DNA of 64,000 nt. It comes from Vulcanimicrobiota bacterium (GTDB taxonomy: Bacteria; Vulcanimicrobiota; Xenobia; Xenobiales; JADMJV01). Below the pieces are notes generated by a model that had not been told where the DNA came from, did not search any database, and saw only the letters and a list, made by a program, of their open reading frames with translations. The position numbers were made by a program, and so were the translations under genes. Positions within the stretch are counted from its first letter, which is position 1, and every line of letters starts with the position of its first letter. This document shows, one piece after another, positions 46,030-55,200 of this stretch. The stretch lies in the NCBI GenBank assembly GCA_050250895.1, contig JBFWNU010000001.1:1320008-1384007 (forward strand), in the 5' to 3' direction.

Positions 46030-47060
46030 GAGTCTTCTTGATTCTCTGGTTGGCGGCGCTGCCGGCCCTGGCTCAGAGTTTGACGGGCACCGTGGAATTC
46101 TCGGTCCAGAATCTGGATCCTGACACCGTTTCCAGGGTCGAGTACACCCCTGACGGCAAGTATGTCTACGTCTTCTGCGATCTGCCCGACGGGGGCACCC
46201 GCGCGCTGGTCACCACCAACGTCGGTCTGGTGGTCAGCACCCAGGCTTTCGAAGAGGGCTGGATCGACACCATCGGATTCTCGCGCAACGGTAGCTCGGG
46301 GCTGATGTTGTCCAACTATGGTCGCGAGAAGACCTGGCGGGATTTCGATGGTCGCACCTCCAGACCCGTCGAGTTCGATCCGCCCGACTTCGAGGTGCAG
46401 GCGCCGTTTACCATCCTCGACGACTCGCACGGCCGGCTGGCTACCCGGGGCAGTGACGCCAGCGCCGACTCGAGCGGACTTTATCTCTTGAAAGTGGCCG
46501 GCGACAAGATCAAGCCCGAACTGCTCGCCCGGGATCGCGATATACTGGCCGAATTGGGGCCGCCCGGGCCGCTGCTGGGTTTTGGCTTGAGCCCCGATTT
46601 CGGCTGGTGCGTGCTATCGGTAGCCGGCCGAAAGGAAGGCGAGCTCGAACTCTTTCGCTACAATCTGACCCGCCATACGGGGCTACTGGTGGCGGCTGCC
46701 ACCAGCTTCTTGCCTCCGGCCCAGAGCCGCGGCGGCTATCTGGTCTTTGGGAGTCGCCAGGGAGAAGCCGTGAACTGGCAGTTTCAGAATCCCGACGGCA
46801 AGCTTGCTCCGATCGAGCTAGGGCCCGGAGTCATCGGTCTGGGCGTGCGTGCCTTCCCCGACCAGGATGAGTTCTTGCTGACGGGGGTCCAGGGGTCCCA
46901 AGCCTATATCTTCAAGTTGGGCTCGAGCACGGATTGGACGCCTCGCCAGCTCGAGGTGGCCGCGCCCGAGCCGCCTTTCTATCTGCGCACCGGCCCCGAC
47001 GGTCGCTGGTTGATCTGGACGCGCCAGGGGCTGAGCTTTTATCAGCTCGAGAGCCCGTGA
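46023..47060 (+). CDS. Secreted hypothetical protein (possibly beta-propeller)
   Basis: Signal peptide MVRVFLILWLAALPALA; repeated (S/T)PDG and SRNG turns. Confidence 0.7.
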   Translation: MVRVFLILWLAALPALAQSLTGTVEFSVQNLDPDTVSRVEYTPDGKYVYVFCDLPDGGTRALVTTNVGLVVSTQAFEEGWIDTIGFSRNGSSGLMLSNYGREKTWRDFDGRTSRPVEFDPPDFEVQAPFTILDDSHGRLATRGSDASADSSGLYLLKVAGDKIKPELLARDRDILAELGPPGPLLGFGLSPDFGWCVLSVAGRKEGELELFRYNLTRHTGLLVAAATSFLPPAQSRGGYLVFGSRQGEAVNWQFQNPDGKLAPIELGPGVIGLGVRAFPDQDEFLLTGVQGSQAYIFKLGSSTDWTPRQLEVAAPEPPFYLRTGPDGRWLIWTRQGLSFYQLESP

Positions 47061-49222
47061 GTCTCGCTCAGCAAAGGGGCGAACTTGGCGTAGCTGTCTG
47101 TTAGCTTCTTGCGATAGTAGGCCAGATTGTAATCGGGATTGGCGGGATCGTAGTCCTTGAGCCGGCGGGCGTGGTTATAGGCACTCACCGAGGCTTTGTC
47201 GCCGGTGATGTAGTAGCGCAGGCTGTCGCCTGCCAGCAGGGGCCGCCGGGCCGCCAGGGCGAGCTCGTAGACAGCCGCCCGGTTGCGCGCGTTGGATTCG
47301 ATCTTGCGTCGATAACTGTTGGGCGAGTCGATGAGTGTCTCACGCTTGGCCAGGCCTTCGATGGGAATCAACCCGCTCTCAAGCCGCGCGAGGGTGTCGG
47401 CATACACCGACTCGAGGCTGGGCGAGCCTTCCAGAGCCGCCCGAATGAGTTGCTCTTGAAACTCGCGCAAGAACGGTTCAAGTGCTCGCGAGCGCAGACC
47501 CGAGCCTCGCGTGATCAGTTCGCCGTCGTGGGTCAACAGAGCATAGTTCTTCATTTTGTGGCAATACATGGCGCGATAATGACCGTCGAGCTCGACTTTG
47601 ACTCCGGCCGGTAACTCGCTATTGAGTTCTTCCATCCAGCCCTCGGGCGAGTGCTGGTCGCCTGGTAGGGTGAAGTAGATGCCGTCGGTATCGACCTCGA
47701 GCAAGGTGGCCCCGCGAGCCCGCAACCAATCCATCATGGTCGAGAGCAGTTCGCGTCCGATGGCGGTGACCTGAGCGGCCTGCTCGAAGTCGGCGAAGTT
47801 GCCCTGGCCGAAGCCGAGATAACCGTAGAAAGAGTTGATCAGAATCTTGAACGTCGTCTGCAAGCCTCCGAAGAAGGTGCGGTCGGGCTCGTTATCGGCC
47901 TCACGTTCGAGTTGGCGCGCCTGCAGGCGAAACTCTCGTAGGTCGGCCAGCATCCCGCGGAAGACATCGAGGCTGTCACCGGCCGGTCGGATCTTGTAGG
48001 AGAGGATGATGGACGGGTAAAGCGAGGCGACGTCGCAGTGAAACACGTCGGTGGCGATGCCAGCGTATTCCTGAGCGGTGAGTCCACCCGCGAAATCTTC
48101 GACTTCAGGCTTGGGTGGCACGGCGGTCCTTTGGCGCAGATACTCGCGCAGGAACAGACTATTGATCCGAGTGGCGTTGCCCCTCAAGATGACGTGCTCG
48201 TAGCGGAACGGAAAGATCTGCGCCTGAAGGAAGTAAGGGTAGCACAGGGTGCGGACCACGGCGGCCAGTTCAGCCAGTTCGCGCTCAGGTAGGCTCTGGC
48301 CCGCCCGAGGGGGCAGGGTCTTGCCGAGATGGCGGGCCACCTCATAGCGGTCGAAAGCCAGCAGTTCGCGACCGCTGACATCGTAGAGTTGGGTGAGAAT
48401 CCAGGAATCGACCAGATCCCTTCCATGGACATACCAGCGATTGTAATCGAGGGTCTTTTCGGCCACGAACATGCGGCTTCGTCGGTAGTGGATCTTTTCG
48501 CCCTCGCGGCCGAGTCGCAGCTCGACTTCGTGGCGGTGAGCTCGGTGGTAAAGAAAGGGAAGGTGAAACTTGAACAGGTCGTGTCCCTCGAGGATATCCG
48601 GGTCGCGCTCCACCACCAACTCTACGAAGCGAGCCAGGATCTCGGGCTCGGGGCCTTCGAGCACGGCGCACCAGCCGGTGGAATCGGCCAGGGCGATACG
48701 TTCGATAACGTCCTGGGTCGGATCGGGACGCTCGTCCTCGCTTTCTTCGTTGGGATAGACCAGAATCTGCAGGCGTTTGACCTGCTCGAGCGTCATCGAG
48801 CCGAACATAGTGCGGCCGGTGGCCATAAGATACTGCTGAGTTTGATCGCTCACGAAGAGTTGAGGAGAACGGGGGTGGCCGGCGGCCAGGCCCGAGGCCT
48901 TGGCGATGTGGCTGCTGATGCGCTTGATGTAGTTCCAGGTGGGGGTTCGCACCAGATAGTTGAAGTGTCCGTCTCCTTCGAGCCGTTCCAGGCGGTACTC
49001 CGGGGGCTTGCGGCTTTTCTCCAGGCCCAACAGATGGTCCGGGTCGGATAACCAGAGGAAGGGCTCGAACGTCTCCTGGGTGGCCCGCACCTCGTCGCCC
49101 TCCCGCCAATAGGCGGTAGCGCCGTCTTTGTGAGCCACCAGATTGACCAGACCGGGTCGTCGATCGGCGCCGAACAGGGCAGGGTTGGCTGAGATGCCGA
49201 GGCTATCCAGGTGGGCATGCAT
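47042..49222 (-). CDS. Family B DNA polymerase (Pol II-like) with degenerate 3'-5' exonuclease
   Basis: Motif A DVASLYPS, motif B KILINSFYGY, motif C EVDTDG. Confidence 0.92.
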   Translation of the reverse strand: MHAHLDSLGISANPALFGADRRPGLVNLVAHKDGATAYWREGDEVRATQETFEPFLWLSDPDHLLGLEKSRKPPEYRLERLEGDGHFNYLVRTPTWNYIKRISSHIAKASGLAAGHPRSPQLFVSDQTQQYLMATGRTMFGSMTLEQVKRLQILVYPNEESEDERPDPTQDVIERIALADSTGWCAVLEGPEPEILARFVELVVERDPDILEGHDLFKFHLPFLYHRAHRHEVELRLGREGEKIHYRRSRMFVAEKTLDYNRWYVHGRDLVDSWILTQLYDVSGRELLAFDRYEVARHLGKTLPPRAGQSLPERELAELAAVVRTLCYPYFLQAQIFPFRYEHVILRGNATRINSLFLREYLRQRTAVPPKPEVEDFAGGLTAQEYAGIATDVFHCDVASLYPSIILSYKIRPAGDSLDVFRGMLADLREFRLQARQLEREADNEPDRTFFGGLQTTFKILINSFYGYLGFGQGNFADFEQAAQVTAIGRELLSTMMDWLRARGATLLEVDTDGIYFTLPGDQHSPEGWMEELNSELPAGVKVELDGHYRAMYCHKMKNYALLTHDGELITRGSGLRSRALEPFLREFQEQLIRAALEGSPSLESVYADTLARLESGLIPIEGLAKRETLIDSPNSYRRKIESNARNRAAVYELALAARRPLLAGDSLRYYITGDKASVSAYNHARRLKDYDPANPDYNLAYYRKKLTDSYAKFAPLLSETHGLSS

Positions 49223-49292
49223 GGATTAGCCCATTCGATCCGGGCCTGCCAGGTCCTGGAGGACTGCCTCGAGAGGAGTAGAACGCCTGGCA

Positions 49293-49613
49293 GTGGCTCT
49301 TCAACCCGTCAAAGTCGAGACTGACAACGATAAGGGCATTCTGACCATTAGCTGGAGCGATGGCACGGCTTCGCGTCACTCCATGGATCAGTTGCGGCGG
49401 GACTGCCCCTGTGCTACCTGCCGGGCCGAGCGCGAAAAGATGGCGAAACCTGGTCCGTCGCTACGGGTCATCAGCGGTCCTGTGCTCAGCGAAGGCCAGG
49501 CCCGCATCCTCGAGTTCTCGCCGGTGGGGCGATATGCGCTGGCTTTCGTGTGGAATGACGGGCATTCGACCGGCATTTACACCTACGATTCTTTGCTGGA
49601 CCACCAGCTTTAG
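49293..49613 (+). CDS. DUF971 / GBBH-like N-terminal zinc-binding domain protein
   Basis: L.I.WSDG, LR..CPCA.C, VG.YAL...W.DGH.TGIY. Confidence 0.88.
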   Translation: MALQPVKVETDNDKGILTISWSDGTASRHSMDQLRRDCPCATCRAEREKMAKPGPSLRVISGPVLSEGQARILEFSPVGRYALAFVWNDGHSTGIYTYDSLLDHQL

Positions 49614-49688
49614 TCTTTTAGACTTTTTTCAGGCGCTCCCGGTAGATTATCAATGCAAGAGAAATTCTTCCGAAGGAGTGGACGCAAG

Positions 49689-49907
49689 ATGATTAACCAG
49701 GGCATCAAATTGACTCAGGCTCCAGCCAGCTTCACCGCGATGACCGCCTCCCAGGGTCCTTACGACGCTGCGGCGCCCACTCAGGACACCACCGACGAGA
49801 TGGTTTGGGACGGCCGCACCGGCACTTTCACCTGGTTTCAGGGTCCTCCGGACCTGGCCAAGTTGCTGCAGTCGGGCGGCGGTGGAGCTTGCAGCTTTAT
49901 CGTCTGA
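49689..49907 (+). CDS. Small hypothetical protein (72 aa)
   Basis: SD AAGGAG at 49673-49678 and a terminator just downstream; ends in GGGGACSFIV. Confidence 0.6.
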   Translation: MINQGIKLTQAPASFTAMTASQGPYDAAAPTQDTTDEMVWDGRTGTFTWFQGPPDLAKLLQSGGGGACSFIV

Positions 49908-49926
49908 CCATATAGCGAGACGAACG

Positions 49927-49955
49927 AAAAAGGGAGCCGGCCGGCTCCCTTTTTT
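49927..49955. terminator. Bidirectional intrinsic terminator
   Basis: Perfect palindrome AAAAAGGGAGCCGG-CCGGCTCCCTTTTT between convergent genes. Confidence 0.9.
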
Positions 49956-50493
49956 AGTGGATGTGCCCTTCCTTTTCTAACGGCACATCGGGGGCCGCTT
50001 CACCCGAGGCCTCCTTCTCGGCTCGAGCCAGCAAACGCTGTGCGAACGGGTCTTCCACGAGGGTGTCGGCGGCCGTCTTCAGGATGGCCAACTCGCGATC
50101 GTGCATCCCCACCTCGTGATAGGCTGCTCCCAGGTCGCGCTTGAGCAGGTCGTTGTCAGGGTTCGCCTCGACTGCTCTTTGATAGATGGCGACTTCACCC
50201 TCGTGGTCGCCCGCGAAGTGAACGGCTGTGGCCCACTCTTCCCAAGCGGCGTAATAAGCGGGGTAAATCTCGACGCACTTCTTGAGCTTCTCGATGGCCA
50301 CGCCGTCTTTGCCGTCGTGGACGGCCTGGTGGGCTTCCATAAAGAGCGTGTCCGCCTGCTGATAGAGTTTCCACTCCTGGTAGCCGCGCGAGGCTCCCCA
50401 CAATCCGAAAGGTAGCAGCAGCAACACCAGCACGATTTCGATCTTTTGCAGCTTCTGCTTTTCCTTGTCTTTGTAAAATAGGATAAAGCTCAT
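49954..50493 (-). CDS. Membrane-anchored TPR protein
   Basis: N-terminal TM followed by TPR-like repeats (KCVEIYP.Y..AW, YQRAVEANPDN); SD GGAG. Confidence 0.8.
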   Translation of the reverse strand: MSFILFYKDKEKQKLQKIEIVLVLLLLPFGLWGASRGYQEWKLYQQADTLFMEAHQAVHDGKDGVAIEKLKKCVEIYPAYYAAWEEWATAVHFAGDHEGEVAIYQRAVEANPDNDLLKRDLGAAYHEVGMHDRELAILKTAADTLVEDPFAQRLLARAEKEASGEAAPDVPLEKEGHIH

Positions 50494-50628
50494 AGTTCTC
50501 CCTTTTGCTCTGTGTTCACCGTTATACCCATTTCGGGTCGGGTCGGTCACTCCTGGCTCGATCCAGCATGAAGGTTCCCACGCGAGGGGACAGAATTACG
50601 GGCCCAAACAGTGTAGCCTGGAGGAATT

Positions 50629-52224
50629 GTGAGAGCGAAGTATTGGATAGTGGGTCTGCTGCTGGCCTGTTTTTGCCTGCCGGCGTTGGCAGATGAAGCA
50701 CCCGTGGCCCGAGTCCGGAAGATCGACGGCAAGAAGCTGTTTTTTCAGCGAGAAGGCAAAAGCAACTGGTTGCTGGCCTTTCCGAACATGAAGAACTATC
50801 TCAAAGATAATCTTCGTACCGATGCCCAAACTAAAGCCGGTATTCAGTTCTTCGCCGGCGGCGAAGCTGGTCTCAATGCCGACACCGAGGTCGAGATTAT
50901 CTCGGCCACGGCTGTCGAAGGGGCCGGCAAGAACAAAGTCAAGGTCAACGCCGGCACGGTTTGGGCCAAAGTGGCCAAGCAGAAGGAAGAACTCCAGATT
51001 CAGACGGCCGGCGGGGTGATGGGTATCAAAGGCACCGAATTCGTGGTGCAGGTGATGCCTGACGGCTCGACCCAACTCTCGGTACTCGAAGGTCTGGTCG
51101 AGGTGGACTCTGGCTCCGGCCAGGCCTACGCCGCGAAACCCGGACATCGCGTGCAGTTCGGCGGCGGCCGGATCATCAACGCCGTGGTCTATCCCGAGGG
51201 TGAACTGCGCAACCTGTTGCGCGACGAATTGGGTCCCTTCGCCGGCCTGGTGGCCGATTTCTTGCTGGGACGATACTTGCACGTGGGCAGCCTGCTACCG
51301 CGCGAGGCGAGTTATTTCGTCGGCTACGGGCCCGCTCTGCGCAGTCCGTTCCGGGGCGCCTCCTATTACTCCATGCGAGGAGTCGGCGTCAGCAGCGCCC
51401 TGCTCAATCTGCCCTCGCGCTCCCCCAGTTACTGGCGCAGCCTCACCCGACCCAGTATTCCCAGTCTTCCAGGTGGCATTCGCTTTCCCCAGGCCCAGCG
51501 CGACGAAGTCAAGTTTGGCGCCGAAGAGCCAAACTGCCCGACCAATCTCGAGCCCAACGAGAAAGATGTCGATGGGGCTCCGACCTTCAAATGGAAGGGC
51601 ATCGATGGAGCCCGCCGCTACGGCATCATTGTCAGCGACAAGCCTTTCTCGGGGGTCAAGAAGCTCGAGGAAGACGCTCTCTGGTACGGCCAGGCCGACG
51701 GCAACGAGTTGACCTATCCTGAAGACGCGCCAGCTCTCGAGAAGGGCAAGCGCTATCACTGGCGCGTGATTCCGCTCACAGCCGATGGGAGTCCCACGGG
51801 CGAGGCATCCGAGACCTTCTTCAAGTCCGAGGGTTTCAAGCCTAGCAAACAGCCCAGTCTTGACTTCGCCTCGGGGCTGGTGCCGCTCGAACAAAAACTC
51901 GGGGCTCAGCGGCCCAAATTCCAATGGACCGCCGTGGAAGGCGCCAGCCGCTACGCATTGTTGGTCTCGAGCGCCGAGGTCGAGCCCGAGAAGATGGGCG
52001 AGGATCTCGACACGCTGGTATGGTCGGCCGAGACCGACCAGTTGTCGGTTGATTTTCCTGAGGCCGGCCCCAGTTTTGCCGCTGGTCGCTACTACTGGTT
52101 AGTGGTAGGTCTCGATGGCGAGGGCAAGCGGGTCGGCAAAGTCAGCCAGACCTGGTTTGAAACCGACGGTTGGGAAGGTCAGGGCGTGGAGCTTGCTCCC
52201 CTCGGCCCGGCCGCCGGAAAATAG
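50629..52224 (+). CDS. Secreted FecR-domain protein with two C-terminal Ig/FnIII-like repeats
   Basis: Signal peptide; FecR motifs (LRT, IQTAGGVMGIKGTEF.V, V.EG.VEV); two P.F.W..V.GA.RY...Y.W.V repeats. Confidence 0.85.
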   Translation: MRAKYWIVGLLLACFCLPALADEAPVARVRKIDGKKLFFQREGKSNWLLAFPNMKNYLKDNLRTDAQTKAGIQFFAGGEAGLNADTEVEIISATAVEGAGKNKVKVNAGTVWAKVAKQKEELQIQTAGGVMGIKGTEFVVQVMPDGSTQLSVLEGLVEVDSGSGQAYAAKPGHRVQFGGGRIINAVVYPEGELRNLLRDELGPFAGLVADFLLGRYLHVGSLLPREASYFVGYGPALRSPFRGASYYSMRGVGVSSALLNLPSRSPSYWRSLTRPSIPSLPGGIRFPQAQRDEVKFGAEEPNCPTNLEPNEKDVDGAPTFKWKGIDGARRYGIIVSDKPFSGVKKLEEDALWYGQADGNELTYPEDAPALEKGKRYHWRVIPLTADGSPTGEASETFFKSEGFKPSKQPSLDFASGLVPLEQKLGAQRPKFQWTAVEGASRYALLVSSAEVEPEKMGEDLDTLVWSAETDQLSVDFPEAGPSFAAGRYYWLVVGLDGEGKRVGKVSQTWFETDGWEGQGVELAPLGPAAGK

Positions 52225-55200
52225 ATGTCGACAGCTCGGTTCCGACTCATCGGAACCGCCGTAATCCTCGGATTACTGGTTGGATTGGCTCTGAGTTGGC
52301 AGCTGCCCAGCTCGGAGCTTTTTCTATCCGACATCGAGGTGCTGGCGGCTCGCCAGCTTCTTCCGGCCCGAGGCCGTGACGAACGACTTCGACTGGTGGC
52401 CGACTATCCTGACCAAGCCATCAGGCGGGACGTTGCCGCCGATGATCGCCAGGAGTTCGTGCTCGAGGTGCTGGCTCGAGGTGCCCGCGGGGTGCTGGTG
52501 ACATCCCCCGACTTTCTCGAGGGCACTCAGCTCGTGGAGGCGCTCGACGAGCTGCCCGTGGCCCTCTTTACCAGAGACTCTCTCGAAGCGATCGCGATCG
52601 AGGATTCTGACGGCCTGATTCGGCGGTTTCGCTGGCAGGCCGAGGCGGCCGGTCCTTTGAGAAGGGCCTTCCACTGGCTCGATGAGACCACACCCGAACT
52701 CGACTCCCGAGGCCTCTTTCGCCCTTTGTTGGCGCGTGCCGACCAGGATGTCGCGGCCGAGCGTTACTTCAACTCCTTCAAGCCGATTTCGTTGGCGAGT
52801 TTGCTCGAGCCCGACTTTCGCGAGGGTTTCTTGAGCCGGGTCGAAGGCTCGCTGGTGATCGTGGGCGACTTCGAGATGGAGGCGACCGGCGATGAATTCC
52901 ACACCAGTGGCGGCAAGCTGATGACCCTGACGGGGACCGCAGCCCTGCTGGACAGCCTTCTGGGCAAAGCCTTGCTCAAGGCCTGTCCGCTGGTGGTGTG
53001 GTTGCCGGGGGCGGCCGTCTTTCTCTGGTTGGCGGCCCTGGCTGCCATCCGTTTTCGACCCCTGTCAGCCTGCTTGGTCTTGATTTTGCTCGAATGGGTT
53101 AGCTTCACCGGTGGCGTCCTGGTGGCCACCTACGCGCAGCTGTTGATCCCGCTCGTGACGGGAGTGATCGGGATGCCGGTGGCCATGGGGTATGTCTTTC
53201 TCGAGCAACTGCGACGCTCGCGCGAGGTGGGCGAGGAGTTTGGGGCCAGGGAAGGCGTGCAGCTGGGAGGCCGTGAGCGTGAGGTGACGATCCTGTTCAC
53301 CAATCTGCCCGAGTATCTCAAGTTGCTCGAGAAACAGGGCGCCGCTGGTCAACTGAGTCGGCGTCGCGAATACAACCAGGTCGTGCTCGAGGCCTGCGCC
53401 CGCTACGGTGGGCGAGTGGTCGACTATCAGGGTGACGCCCAGATGATCGGCTTTGGCCTGGAGGAGAACGCCCCTCACGCCCAACAGGCTACGGCGGCCG
53501 CCTTGCTGGTGGTCGAGCGGGTGCAGGCGCTGGCGGGTAGCTGGGGAGTGGGCAACCCTGACCTTCTTAAAGTGCATGCCGGGGTTTGCACCGGGCCCGT
53601 GGCTCAGGGGCACGTCGGAGCCCGCCAGAAGATGGATATCGCGCTCATCGGTGACACCACCAACACCGCGGCCCGCCTGATGGGCGCAGCCATGAAGCTG
53701 GACGAACGGGTGGTCATTTCGTTGCCCACCCGCGAGGGATTGGGACAGGGCGTCGAAGGGCGCGAGCTCGAACCCGTCAGTCTGAAGGGCAAGGCCAAGC
53801 CGGTGCCCATCTTCGCTCCCGACCGCCTGCTCGAGCATCCTCCCGAGGTCGAGACGGACCAGGTGGTAGGCTCGATGGTCGAGTTGCCGCGAGACCGGGG
53901 CGCCAGCGGGGTGGCCATTTTGCTATCGACGCTGCTGGGCACGCTGTTGTGCGCCAACCCGGTCAGCGAGCAGCTGCTCCAGGGGGCTGAACAGGACCTG
54001 TATGATTTACGCCACCGGATGCTGGCGGCCGATGCTCCGGCCGAGGTGGTGGTGGCAGGCATCGACGAAGAGAGCCTCAATACGTTGGGGCCCTGGCCCT
54101 GGCCGAGGGCCTATCATGCCCAGATTGCGACCAACCTGTTCGAGGCTGGCGCCAGGGCTGTCTTCTACGATGTCCTTTTTGAAGAGGCTGGGGACGACGA
54201 ATATAGCGATCAAGAGCTCAGCCAGGCAGTCAAGGACTATCCCAATCTGGTGCTGGCCATGGCTTTGACCCGGGATCAGTTTGCGGTGGTCCCGGTCCCT
54301 CTCATGCCCGGGCTCGACGAAGACCAGATGCGAAAGCGTCTTCAGGTCGGTCACATCAACACCCGGCGCGACGCTGATGGAGTGGTTCGCAGCGCCATTC
54401 TGGCGGCTTGGGACCAGCAGGATCGTTTGTGGCCATCGGCGGCGCTGTCTTTATTGGGACACGCCACCGACAAGTCCTATCAGCAGCTCGAAGCTGACCG
54501 GCAACGACTGAGGCTGGGCAATCGCGAACTTCCGCTGCGGCCCGACCCTCAGAAGCCGTACGAGACGCTGATTGTCTATCGCCCTCCAGTGACCGGGCCG
54601 CAGGCCCAGGATCGGCCTGAGGGCTATGTTTCGGTTCATCGCCTGCTCGACCCCGAAGACCCCTTTTTCAAACGAGCCAGGGGCACGGTGGTGCTGATCG
54701 GACAAAACGTCAAGGACGAAAGAGACCTCTTTCGGACTCCCCTGGGTCCCATGAAAGGGGTCGAGATCCATGCCCAGACGCTGGCCACTTTGTGGAGTGG
54801 ACCCAGCCTGATTCAGGCCGGGCGGATTCGCTTTCTCTATCTTTTCGGTTGCTGCTTGCTGATGGGCGTAGCCACGACCCTGGCCCCAACCCGGGGGCGA
54901 ACCCTGGTCGTGGTCTTTTCGAGCGGCCTCTTCCTGGTCTTTCTCAACCTGGCCCTCTATCTCACCGGTTGGTGGTTTCCCCTGGCGGCCACCTGTGTGG
55001 GGGCCATCGGCTCGGCGGTCGCGGTGGTGCTGATGCGGTTCGTCTCTTCCCTGGACGCTGCTACGCGCTTTTTGCCGCGTGAGGTGGTGCACGCCCTGTT
55101 GTTCGAGAACCGTTTGCATGAGGGCCTGGTCGAGGCCACCGTCTTGTTGACCGACATTCGTGGCTACACCGCCATCTCCGAGACCCGTTCCCCGGTGGCG

